NCBI RefSeq assembly: GCF_016433145.1
Contig: NC_058130.1
Location: 92,097,002-92,161,001, forward strand
From: Gracilinanus agilis
Taxonomy: Eukaryota
Direction: 5' to 3'
Length of the DNA stretch: 64,000 nucleotides
Position 1 is the stretch's first letter, and every line of letters starts with the position of its first letter. Positions 1 to 34,980 of this stretch are shown one piece after another. The notes below the pieces were generated by a model. It was given only the letters and a program-made list of their open reading frames with translations, was not told the DNA's origin and made no database searches. The position numbers and the translations under genes were made by a program.

Positions 1-600
1 GAGAGTGGGTTGCCAAGGGGCCCAGAGAGCCGAGTGCAGGGCTGGCGGCGGCGGCGGCCTCGGTGAGTGAGGGAGTGAGGGAGGCCCTGCCGCCCGGGGC
101 GGGGTAGTCGGGGCCGCCCGCGGCGTTTAGCCGCGCAGCCCTTCCGCCCGCCCGCCCGCTCCCGCTCGGCCCAAGGTCACGGGGAGCCGGCCCTGGGCTG
201 GGAGGCTGGGAGGCTGGGAGGCTGGGAGGCCGAGAGGCCGGGAGCCCAGTCTCCCAGCTGGGGGGGGCGGGGCCGGCCCCTCCTCCGAGGTCCCCGCCCC
301 TTCAGCGGCTCTACGCCGGAGGAGGGTAGGAAAGCCGGGCGTCCAGAAGCGAAGGAGGAGGGGATGGCAGATTGACGGCGAAGAGACTCTTCGCATTTGG
401 TAGGCGAAGTCAGGGCCCAGAAAGGCTTCCAGCTGGAGAGCCGAGGTCCGCTCGTCGCGTGCGTGGGCCCGCCCGGGCCTGCGAGGCCCTTAGTAACAAT
501 CACTAAAACACACCTAGAGGACCCCGGGGGAGTAGAGTGGCCGGACTGACCTCCGTTCTGAGATCCCCTGAAGGGAGGGGTGCGGGAATAAGGTGCTAGG
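1..600 (+). promoter_or_regulatory. USP19: USP19 CpG island with non-coding exon 1 (ends at 62, donor GTGAGT at 63)
   Basis: Very GC- and CpG-rich segment with GC boxes and a strong 5' splice donor. The next exon (4977-5236) carries the USP19 start codon. Confidence 0.75.
195..230 (+). repeat. (GGGAGGCT)n 8-bp tandem repeat, G-quadruplex-capable
   Basis: Four copies of ctgggagg, with GGG runs at 195, 200, 208, 216 and 224. Confidence 0.7.
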
Positions 601-3600
601 ACAGGCGGGGCTGAGACTGACATAAAGGCCAACCCTACTAGGGCATCTCCCTCCACTCCCTTTCACCTCTTCTGTACTAATCCCTCAGGTTCCCTTCTCA
701 TGCCCATTTTAGAGACCTGCTCTTATGATCTCTAGGGTTCCTTCTAAATCCTGGGAGATAACTGGGGGGTGGGTAGGCTATGAACAGCTTCCTCTCCGTG
801 TGTTCACTTTATCCTTATCAAGAGGGAGAGCAGGGCTAGCAGTAGTATGTGGGAGTAGGCAGGCTCCTAGCATGGCAAGGAAGCCCTGGTGCTGATTTCT
901 CAGCATCATAGGTAGAACATTATCCGTGTGTGTGCAAAGCCCAATTCTGGTCATGGTGAAAGAATCTGGAATATGGGGAAACCCCTCAGAGACCTCCAAA
1001 TCCAGCAGGTAAAGTTAGTATGGGCACAGATCTATGACAAAAATTATACAAAGCCAGCTATATTAGAGGCAATCCTAAGATTAAGGATCTGGTGGAACCT
1101 GGAAGAAAAAGGGCATTGAGTACTGTAATTAGGTAAGAGGGGAGATCTGCAAAAGGTGAGTCTGGAAGGGGCAGCTAGGTGACTCAGTAAATAGAGCCCC
1201 TGGGTTCAAATGTGACCTTAGATACTTCTTAGCTGGGTGACCTCTGGAAGTCACTTAATCCTGATTACCCTTACCTTTCTTCTGCCTGAGAACTGATACT
1301 ACTGATTCTTAGAAGGTAAGGGTTAAAGAAAAAAAGATGAGTCTCGGGCAACATTGATAGATGGTAAGAATACTACAATTAAATGGTTAGTAAAGTAACC
1401 AAGTAAACTATACCAAGAAGGCAAGGGACTTTCTGGATCAGTGATTGTTTTTTGTTTGATGAACACAAAAAATAGTCAGCAAGCATTTATGAAATGGTTA
1501 CTATGTGTCAAACGCTGGCACTAAGCCCTGGAGATTGACAAGAAAAGCAAAAACATTGTTCCTGCTTTCAAGGACCTCATGTTCTATTGTGGGAGACATG
1601 TAAGTGACTATATATGTACATACAGAGTATAGATAGTGATTAGTCTCTGAGGAACGCCTGAAGAAAGCAGAGGAGGAAGACCAGGAAAAGCCTCTTGCAA
1701 AAGGTAGGATTTGAACTGAGTCTTGAATAAGCCAAGTGGGAGCAGAGCATTCTACTCATGGGGGATAGCCAGTATATTAGGCCTACCTACAGTTTACAGG
1801 CCCTTTCTTTCCAGGACATTAGAATCAGAACCATTAGAAGATAAGCACCTTGAGGGTGGGGACTGTTTTATTTTTGTATTTGTATTCCCCAGAGCCCAGC
1901 ACAATGTCTGGCACATAATAAGTGCTTAGTAAATGCTGTTGAAAGGATGAACTAATCAGGCAGATAAGGCTGGTGAAGAATAGTCCAGTAGCTGGGAGAA
2001 TGTCAGTTGCCAATGCTGAGGGTGGGAACACATGTTCCAAGGTTTCTCATGTTGTTAAACCTGTAGTAATAAATGCTCTCCCTTTTGACTCCACCCCTTC
2101 CCCCATATGTTGCATTTATGGATCAGCGACTCCTATAATGCATCTGCCTTGAAAAGAGGCAGTATAGAGAGAGGCTGCCGGTGTGCATAGAAACTGGAAC
2201 CTTTCCCTTGTGTCAGCCTTTTGTGTTGTTTGAGGAGATGGAAAGAAGTAACTCCAGTTCTGCTGAGTAGTGACTTTAGTCCTAATAATTGGAAATTAGA
2301 TGGGGGGGGAATGGTAGAAAGTTTCCTGTTGTTGCTTAGACCCCTAGGACCTTGCCTGATGATTCTTTTCTTCTCTAAGCATTTGAAATGGATTATGATA
2401 GGGGCTCTCTGAGGGGGAAAGAGTAGAGAGTCATTTGCAGAGGCTACATGGAGATGTTAGATTGGACAGGGGGGACAAATCTTCTGGTGTCAAAGGAGAA
2501 GGTGCTAGTCTGTTCATGTGTATGCCTCTTGTTTGCCTAACCCTTACATAGTTTGCTATGGTTCTCCCTTTCTCCTGTCTCCTCCTACCTTCAGAAGAGT
2601 ATTGTAGGAAATGGGAAGGAAGCCCAAAATTGGTTGTAGAGGGAGATGGGAGTGGGGGGTGGGGGCAGTCCTGGTGCTGGTGTTTAACTTTGTTATGGGC
2701 TCTGTGTTCTGGAGCTTAGAATGAGTTTTGTGTTCAGTGTTCAGAGACATCCATTTATACTTTCATAGCCTAGGCCCCATTGGATGGTGCAGGGAGTGCT
2801 GTGTTTCCATCTAAGCCCATCCTGGTGGTTCCCCAGGGCCTTGAGTTAGCACCCAGACCTCACCACTTATTAGCAATGGAAACTAGACCTACCACTGCTA
2901 ATGATAAAGTGGCATGTACTTTAGATGACTAAGCAACAGAGTGAAATTGAAACAGAATGACAAGGCTCCAGACTGCCTTGCCCTCCACATACCCTCTTCC
3001 TTATCCCCATCATGGGCATGTGGAACATTGAAGGTGGGAGTAGAGTTCTGGCTAGAGCCTGAGAAATTTTCTGGAGGAATACCACATGAATGTGGTCTGC
3101 CTTTGCATGTCAATCTCTCTACTAGGGAGTAAAGCCCTAGCAAATAAAGAGGGACTGGGTAACAAACCTGAGAGTTGTGGCAGTCAGGTTGGGCCCAGGT
3201 TTGCAGAGAATGAGAGCTAATGCTTTCTTGGCTCTTGTCCACTGCTCTTATAGCAGCTCTTGGTATATGTAAGGGAAGCAGAGGAAGCTGGAGCCCTTTC
3301 CTTAATCAGACATCCAAGCAAGGCACTGGCCAGTTTAAGAGCCCCAGCCAAAGAGGTCTGCAGCTGCCTGTATCATTCACTTGGCCCTCAGAATAGCCCT
3401 GACCAAAGGCCCTGCATCCAGTTCAGCCCTATAGGAATGTGTGCCCTGGGCCACCTCATTCACTTGCCACACTTGCCTTTTTTATGCATGTTCTAGTCTG
3501 GAGTCAAGAGAAGAACTTGAAAAGTACCCCAATAGGAGCCAAACAATAGTTGGGATACCTTTCCATGTTGGTGCTTGTGGGGAATCCAAAAACATTTCCT

Positions 3601-4021
3601 TTGGCTCAAGCCAGGACTTGGCAGTTAGTAGACTCCCTCTTTCTTTTCTGGCTTTCATTCTGTTCCCAGGGCTTTTTCTCTGACTGTCCCTCCTGCTGAC
3701 TTTTCAGGGGCTCAGTAGTTATCCAGTTCCTTTCTCAGTGATTATCCATCTTGTATCTCTGTCCTTTTAAGCTGCTCCCTCTTGCTCAGAACTACAGGTG
3801 GTCGGTCATCTAGTATGGCTTATTTTTTCAAATATAGAAATTGAGGTCCAGAAAGATTTGTTGACTGGCTGAAGTTTATTGGGTGGCAAAGCCAAGATTC
3901 AAACCCAGGCCTAATGACTCCAAATCCAGGATTCTTTCTTTTGGTATATATTTAATTCAGTATGACCTTGGTTCAAGTGTTGTGAAGCCCTGCACTAATT
4001 GCATTAAGATGTACTTTTTGT

Positions 4022-4390
4022 CAGGGCAGCTAGGTAATATAGTGGATAGAGCACTAGGTCTAGAGATGGGAAGATATGGGCTCAAATTTGACCTTAGACA
4101 CTTCCTGGCTATGTGACTTTTGGTAAGTCATTTGATCTTTATTTTTATTTTTTTAATTTTTTTTAAACCCTTACCTACCCTCTTGGAATCAATACTGTAT
4201 ATTGGTTCCAAGGCAGAAGAGTGGTAAGGGTAGGTAATAGGGGTCAAGCGACTTGCGCAGGGTCATATAGCTAGAAAGTCCGCTCAATCCACTGGGCCAC
4301 CCAGCTGCCCCCCACTTGATCTTTATTGTCTAGCCCTTACCACTATTCTGCCGTGGAATTGATACTAAGAAGATAAGAGGGTTTGTTGTT
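4022..4390. mobile_element. Older SINE (+) interrupted by a younger, internally deleted SINE (-, about 4141-4312)
   Basis: Duplicated cat/cacttgatcttt flanks the inner element, and the outer SINE sequence resumes after it. Confidence 0.7.
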
Positions 4391-4549
4391 TTTTTTTTGT
4401 TGTTGTTTTTTAATGATGTACTTTTGGACTAGGAAGGCAGTGGTGTCACATTCAAATAGAAACCAATTCCTGCTAGAAAACCACAAATTAACGTTATGTT
4501 TTGTTGTAATTTTATTTGTTAAACATTTTCCAGTTGCATTTTTTATCTT

Positions 4550-4722
4550 TTAAACTCTTGCCTTCTGTCTTCTAAGGCAGAAGGGTGGTAAGGGCTAGGC
4601 AATGGGAGTTAAGTCACTTACCTGGGCTCATACAGCTGGGAAATATCTGAGGACAGATTTGAACCCAGGACTTCCTATCTCCAGGCCTGGCTCTCTATCC
4701 CCTGAGCCACTTTGCTACCCCC
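4550..4722 (-). mobile_element. Opossum-type SINE
   Basis: Reverse complement of the tRNA-derived SINE body also seen at 30891-31093. Confidence 0.7.
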
Positions 4723-5112
4723 TTCCAGTTACATTTTACAGACTTTGACACTTATTTAATAAGAAAGATAAAAATAAATAGCTACAATATGAAGACTTTT
4801 AAGTTTCTTCCCTGGGTACTGAATTTCTTCTCTTATTCATTCACATCCAAAGTCTCAGTGGTGGGTGGGGTTCTCTCCTACATACCAAAAGCCCTTACCA
4901 TATATCAATACTCTTCTTACTCTCCAAAAAACTTCTAGGACTTAGCAGGGAGTAACTAGGGCCCATTTTTCCTTAGGTCATTTGTTCCTCACTGGAGAGT
5001 TTGGCCACAGAGAGTCGCCAAGATAGCTGGGCCAGGAAGAAAACGTCGAACCCCTGACCCAGACTCCATCACTGACCCCGGTGGATTCTGGGTGTCAAGT
5101 AAGCGGCTCAAG

Positions 5113-28415
<23,303 letters not shown>

Positions 28416-28786
28416 GTTGCCTGCTTTGTAGGCTGGCCCTCTGGGGAGTGGATTTGGACCCCCATTGTGGACTTGGGGCCCTGGTTGTGTTCATTACATT
28501 TTGTCTCAGGGCTGCCTGCCAGCCTCCCCCCAAGGAGAGAATAGGCTTCTGCCCAGCCAATTCCTCATGTCTTAGACCCTGAGCTATGTCCCTGGACCAC
28601 CTGCCTGTTGGGCCCTACCTTTAGCCCAAGGCCATAAGCATAATCCTGAGGTTACAGGGATTCCATTCTCCCTTCTTGCCTTCCATCTCTGAGGCCCAAC
28701 CCCAGATCCTTCTTTCCCTTTCCATGATCCCAATTCCCAAGCTACTTAATTTAATGTATTAATTAATTTATTGTATTTAATGTGTC

Positions 28787-28792
28787 AATAAA
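28787..28792 (+). terminator. Polyadenylation signal for the USP19 TM isoform
   Basis: AATAAA about 370 nt after the stop at 28415, preceded by an AU-rich tract and followed by GT-rich sequence. Confidence 0.7.
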
Positions 28793-29039
28793 GTGAAATT
28801 GTTCCCAGGCTCAGTGTCTTGTCTCCTCCCTCTGGTGCCTCTTAGTGCGTCTTTTCCCCATGTGCGCCTACCATCCCAAAAAATGTTCTAGAGTACCTGG
28901 ACCAATCTATGTGCCCTGATTGCTCACTGGTGGTGGAGAAGGGGACCCACACCCTAGGGAGAGGATCCTGGGAGCTGTTGGAGGGGAAGGGATTGCCCCC
29001 CTCCATACTGCCCCTCCCAGCATTATGTTCCATTTGCAG

Positions 29040-29171
29040 GGAATGGGCCCCGAGCCCTTCACGCCTGGTCTGGACCCTGAGGGGGGCCCCCCGATGACGC
29101 CCGCAGAGCTGTTCCCCCGCCCCACGGAGCGTCCCACCCCTACCTACAGCAACATGGAGGAAGTCGACTAG
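29040..29171 (+). CDS. USP19: USP19 alternative terminal exon, cytosolic isoform ending in MEEVD
   Basis: Acceptor tttgcag at 29039, phase 0 like the donor at 26436. Translates GMGPEPFTPGLDPEGGPPMTPAELFPRPTERPTPTYSNMEEVD*, matching the known USP19 ...PTYSNMEEVD terminus. Confidence 0.93.
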   Translation, partial: GMGPEPFTPGLDPEGGPPMTPAELFPRPTERPTPTYSNMEEVD

Positions 29172-29439
29172 CAGGTCCCTGGGTGGGGGGGCCCTGGGTT
29201 GGGGGAGGGTGTACCTAGCAGGGCTTTCTGGCTCTGGCTTTCTCCTATGCCAAGCACCTTGTTCATTCTCAGCTTTCCCCCTCTCTAGCTCCTAACAGCT
29301 TCCCTCAGCCTTTCCCTCCTCTAACCTGGGACCCAAGCTTCATTTGGGGGGTGGAGGTGGGAGGGAACTGGAGGGTTATGGGCTGCTGAGGTGATGCCTT
29401 GGCTGTCTGTAGTCAGCCTGTAACCCTCAAATGTCCACA

Positions 29440-29482
29440 CACACATATACATACATACATGCATACATACATACATACATGC
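29440..29482 (+). repeat. (CATA)n microsatellite in the 3' UTR of the USP19 MEEVD isoform
   Basis: Direct reading. Confidence 0.8.
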
Positions 29483-29668
29483 ACCAGTCCCCTGAATGAG
29501 ACCCTGGATTCTTCCCTGGCTCTGAGCCCACCTCTGGTGCCCTCTGTGTTTAATTTCTCTCAGTTATACTTTCAGTTCTTTCTGATTTGCATTTTAATTT
29601 TATTTGAAATATTGTAATTTTTTTTTGCATTTGGGAAGTGATTGCTGCTGTTTAAATATATTTTAAAC

Positions 29669-29674
29669 AATAAA
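29669..29674 (+). terminator. Polyadenylation signal for the USP19 MEEVD isoform
   Basis: AATAAA about 500 nt after the stop at 29171, in a U-rich context. Confidence 0.6.
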
Positions 29675-30890
29675 TAAGTAAACCTCAATTATTGTAACCA
29701 CTGTGGAGGCTGCATTTAGCACTGCCCATCCAGGGATACCTCCATCACCTGGTCCTACCTCCTTTCAAGCTTTTCCCACAACTCTTGTCTTTTTCTCCCT
29801 AATTCATTCACTATCTTTGGGTCCAGGATAGAAGCGAAGACATGGAACGCTCACCCTTTGGGGCTTATGAAGGAGTCAGGGAAGCAAGTGGATGCTCTGC
29901 TTAGAGGAAGATAGTGATTCATATTTGTACTGATATTTCTCTAACATTTTATATGGTGCTTCATGTATGTTCCCTCATTTGAGCCCCATTTTATGAATGA
30001 GAGGAGGAGAGGTTCTAGGGGTTAGGCAGTTTGGCAGTTCATACAACCAGTGTGGCAGGTGGCATCAGAACCATTCTCGTTTGATGAGCAATGAAATTTT
30101 TTGCTTTTAAAAGATCCTGCTACTCAAGAAAGGCTGGGAGCCACTGATCTCATTTCATTCCCTAACCCTCTAGATAAGGAACAGACTTGGAGAAATCAAG
30201 CCACTTGTTCAGAGTAAAGAGAAGGAAAGAAAATTAGCATTTATTAAGCATCTAATGTGTGCAAGGCACTGTGCTACTAAAGCTCTTTACAAATATCTCA
30301 TTTGAATAGTAGCAGAGTCAGGATTCAGCCCTAGCCCTTGATTCCAAAATCAGAGCTTAGGAAAGGTGAGGCAGGCAGGGTGTGGAGAAGGGTCTCTGAG
30401 GGTAAAACTTCTGTCAGGGTTCTCATACCTGTCCCAGTTAGGGATCTGTTCCCTGGAGTATCTTAACCTCATCAGATTTAGAGTTGGGAAGGATTTTTTG
30501 GGTCATATGGTTTATTTTCCCTCAAAAGGAAACATTCCCAGGCAAGGAAAGACTTTGGTAGTGAATAGTACAGGGTCAAAGCTTAGATCTCTGGCCTCTG
30601 GATCGGGTAGTTTTGGGTAGTTTTGTCTAGTCTTACCTTCTACCCTTTGAAGGACTTTCCCCTTACAAGGAGGTCCTAAATGGAACAGCAGCAGGGCACA
30701 GTGAAAAGAGGCATGGATTTAGTCAGAAGATCCAGGTTCAGATGCCAGCTCTCCTACACTTCCGGGGGGGGGGGGGGGGTGAGAAGGGAACTTCAAGTAA
30801 GGAGTCCCCTTATCTTTCTGGACTGCACATTTCCTCATTCCTAAAGTGAGGGTCCCTGCTGACTTTGCATGTTAAGATCTTGTGTTTAAG

Positions 30891-31093
30891 GACAGCTGGG
30901 TGGCTCAGTGGATTGAGAGTTAGGCCCAGAGACAGGAGGTCCTAGGTTCAAATATGGCCTCCAGACACTTCCTAGCCGTGTGACCCTGGGCAAGTCACTT
31001 AATCCCCGTTGCCCAACCCTTGCCACTCTTCTGCCTTGGAACCAATACACAGTATTGGTTCCAAGACAGAAGGTAAGTGTTTAAAAGAAAAAA
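30891..31093 (+). mobile_element. Opossum SINE with 17-bp TSD
   Basis: TSD aagatcttgtg(t/a)ttaag at 30874 and 31094. Confidence 0.85.
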
Positions 31094-32022
31094 AAGATCT
31101 TGTGATTAAGTCAGCAAGCATTCTTTACTCTCCTATTCAATAGATTCTAGGCAATATCTATAGCTCTACACACAGACCTCCTACAAAGTCCTAACAGTTA
31201 GTGACCAGGAGAAGTGCAGCCCGGGCTTGGACCCTCTGACCTGGTCTGCATGTCCGCTTAGCCAGTTATATAGCCTGTGGGCCCTTGCCAAGCTGCTTTC
31301 CCTCTTTGGACCTGTTTCCGTATTACAAAAGGGAGAGCTTGATCTAAATGATTTTGAAGGAATGAAGGAAGGAAACAAGCCTTTATTAAGTGCCTGCTGT
31401 GTGCCAGGCATGGTGCTAAGCACTTTACAGATATTACCTCATTTGATCCTCAGAACAACTCATTGAGATAGGTACTATCATTACCCCCATTTTACAGTTG
31501 AAGAAACTAAGGCATACAAAGGTGAAGTGACTTGCCCAGAGTCACACAACTAATAAGCCTTTGAAATAGGATTTGAACTCAGATCTTTCAAATTCCAAGT
31601 ACAATCTACTAAATGTCACCACTTAGCTGCCTTTCAGGCCCATTCTAGGGCTAAATGTGATTATCCTAAGTCTTGTCTAGTTTCAGGCTTCCTCCTAGCC
31701 TGGTCATCCTCCTCTAGGCAAGCACAAGCCTGTCAGTTTTGAGAACTACATTATGCTAGTGCTAATTGTTACATATGTATGTGTATGAGGCTTAGAGGAA
31801 TACAGAATGATAAGACTCAATGTTGTAGATTTGCTTAGGAACCTCTAGAGAAATGTATTTATATATTATACACTGTATATTGTAGCCATCTGTCCATGGA
31901 TATAGTGCATGGATAGGGATTGGAGCTAACATTCCAGGTTTGGACTGAGTGGAAAAGGGTGAATGACTAGGTTATAAGTGTCTTTTTTGCATATACAAAT
32001 CTGCCAAACACATGGGTTACTT

Positions 32023-32232
32023 TTTTTTTTTTTTTAATAACCCTTACCTTCTGTCTTAGAATCAATACTATGTATTGGTTCCAAGGCAGAAGAGAGGTAA
32101 GGGCTAGGCAGTGGAGGTTAAGTGACTTGCCCGGGGTCACACAGCTAAGAAGTGTCTGAGGCCAGATTTGAACCCAGGACCTCCTGTCTCTAGGTCTGGC
32201 TCTCTGTCCATTTGAGCCACTCAGCTGCCCCT
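32023..32232 (-). mobile_element. Opossum SINE with TSD
   Basis: TSD acatgg(g/a)ttactt at 32010 and 32233. Confidence 0.85.
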
Positions 32233-32849
32233 ACATGGATTACTTTCATCAGGGAAAATAAACTCAGGGCAACAAGCATTTACCTGCCTCATTGCTGCTC
32301 TGAGCCCTATACTTGAAGCTGTCAGAATCTGAAAGCATAGGCTCCCAGTGGGTTTAGAGGGGTCAGGGGTAAGAAGATTCACATTCTGCCTGCCTTATAT
32401 GTCTGAACAATTCCAAGGGTGGGAGTTGAGAGCACATTTTAATGAAGCAAACATTAACATATCCTTCCCAAGATGCTGAGCTGAGCTGAGCAGCAGAGAA
32501 ATCCTTTTCCTAGGGGAGCTCACAGTTTAGGTGGAGAGATGGGGCCTGAGACAAGATGGAAGTGCACAAAGAACTGCAATAAAAGTTGGAATGTAATTAG
32601 TGCTGCAACTAGAATGAGTTAATAGGACTGGGGACTTTGAGGGAGAAGGCGTAGGTAGACAAGGATGCTTTTCTCTGTTAATAGGCCATGGAGAACTTCT
32701 CCTTTCCCCTGATTCACTGTCTGTGGATCACTCTAAGCAAACTAAAAGAAAGAGTCTGAGCCCCCTTGACAACTCCCCCACCACCTCCTCTGCTTTTCTT
32801 CCCCATAGCACAGAGCTCAGCTGGACAGAATCATCAATAAATATTAAAC

Positions 32850-33560
32850 ATGTTAAGAAGACTATGAATGATACCTGAGGGGGAAAGTTTAGGTAAGACA
32901 GCCCTTGTTCACATGGAGTTCACAATCTAGTACACATTATATGATAAATAATTTAAAAAGGACAAACAAAATACATGAGGAGTCAGTGCATTTGAGGGAG
33001 AGGAGATTCAGGACAAGCTTATTGGAGGAGATAGTGTTTGACTTGGACTTCAAAGGATGGGTAGAAATTCAAACAAAAGAAGATGAGGAGACTATTCTAA
33101 TCAGAGTGCAAAGGCACGTAATCAGGAAAGTGCAGTGGAGGGGACTAGAAAGGGACACAGAGTTTGGTTTTCCTGGCATAATGAGGGACTAGAAACATGA
33201 TGTGAGTCAAGACTAGAAAGGGATGGGAGGCCCTTAATGTAGCCTGAAGAACTGTAACTTCACTTGTTAGGCATGTTAGGCAGTAGGGAGCCATTGGAAA
33301 CTTTGGAGCAGAGGGCTGACATGCATCAGAATGAATGTGTGTTGCCATTTAATTGTTTCAAGTGAAGTTTTATTTAAAAATTATTCCAGGAATAATAGCC
33401 TGAAGAAAAGAGTGGATTGGGAAGAGTAAAAAAACGGGGAAAACCTTAGGAGTGTATTGGAATTGTCCAGAGGGTGACAGGTCTTCGATGAAGTATAAAA
33501 AGGAGAAACTTGACAGGATCAAGCTAATTGGCTGAGGGTGGGGGCACAGTTCAAGATAAC
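32850..33560 (-). mobile_element. L2 LINE fragment
   Basis: Antisense L2-like sequence. Confidence 0.5.
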
Positions 33561-34399
33561 CTCCAGATTATATTATCTGACTCAACGGGGTGCTCACTGC
33601 TGCCTGATAAGAAAAACCGATTTTAGCTTAAAGTGAGGGAAAGCTCCCAAGATCAGAGCTGTCCAGAAGTAGAATGAGTAACCACAAAAGTAGCAAATTG
33701 CCCATCATTTTAAGGTCTTTCGGCAGAGGTGAGATGACCACTTGCCAGGGATTATTCATTCTCAGAATTTAGATTTGGGTGCTTTGTAGAGTTTGGTCAG
33801 AGGACCCAGGACTTCATCTCTCAGCTCTCCCCTATCACACTCCCCACAGAGCTGTTTCAAACCTTTCCCCAAAGCAACCTCAGGCTCCTAAAAAGACCTC
33901 ATCTCCTTCCTCGAGATTAAAGTCATTGACCTCATGGTCCACACTGAAAACCCCTCATCGTCATGGGCCTCCTTCCTTCCGTCCCTCCTTCTGAGCTGGT
34001 GAGATGACCCCCTGCTCCATGTCGAGGCCGTTCTAACGAGATGGAGGAGCTCCGTCCAGGCTGCTTTGCTGGGGGATCTACATCGGGGCCGGGGCCTCTA
34101 CTAAACTAAGCTGCCTGAGGACGAAGGCTCAGGGCTAGCCACAGGCACTTATTTAGGGAGTTCTCTGACAGCGCTCATCCTGCCTTCTCCCCAGCTTTGG
34201 CTCTTCCCCAGCACTTAACTGGTGGAGTGCTGGATGAATGGATGAATGGTGGTGGATGGAGAGCACCAAACATCTGGGGAAAGCGCCCTGAGCTTCGAAA
34301 AGCTGAAATGCAAACCTCCGAGGCGGGGAGCCCCAGTCCAACCCCTCGGACCGCAGTGGGGGCGTGGCTGGGGAGAGGTGCTCGTCCAGCCCCTGGGCT

Positions 34400-34980
34400 C
34401 CGACCACCTGGAACCTGGAGGGGTGGGGTGGGGTGGGGGCTCCCTAGGTGCTGACTTGGCCCAGTGCCCAGAGCCGCAGGGAACGCGGCCACGCGCGCAG
34501 GGAAGGAAGAGGCTGTCAGTGTAGCGAGGGGGCGGGGGCGCGCAAGTGCTGCGCTGTGCCGGGCTGCGCGCAGTGCAGCGCAGGCGGGGTGGGGAAGGGA
34601 ACCGGAGCAGAGTCGGGAGTGGAGGAGAGCGGGAGGCCGGAGCTGAGCCGGCAACATCGGAGATGGCGGAGCATCCGCAGCAGCCGTGGAGCCAGCCCAG
34701 AGGGAGGCAGGGCACCCCGGAGCCCTTAGCGGGTAGCGGCCGGGCCAGGCCGGGAGGACTGGCTTCGGCGGGAAGCTGAGCCTGAGGGCCCAGGTGAGAC
34801 CCCGGACTGGGGTTGGGGGAACTGCACCAGAGACAAGGAAAGGGACCCCATTCCCCTAGCAAGCCGCCCCCCAGATGCGAAGTCAGGTCTTGTTCCTTTG
34901 CGTAGCTGGCTTGCTGCGGACGGTCATCCCGCTAGAGAGGAGGAGTCTTTTCCTCCCCCTTCCCGGTCCCGCGTCAAAGG
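34400..34980 (+). promoter_or_regulatory. CpG-island promoter and non-coding first exon of the GPR22-like gene (donor CAG|GTGAGA at 34793/34794)
   Basis: Isolated CpG island with GC boxes and a strong donor. The nearest downstream strong acceptor (long pyrimidine tract, CAG at 37808-37810) lies 30 nt before the GPCR ATG. Confidence 0.7.

Noticed and set aside
127-656. Minus-strand ORFs at the USP19 promoter
   Set aside because: CpG-island and tandem-repeat artefacts.
34175-34862. Long minus-strand ORFs (160-215 aa) over the CpG island
   Set aside because: Low-complexity Pro/Ala/Arg products typical of CpG islands; no splice or homology support.
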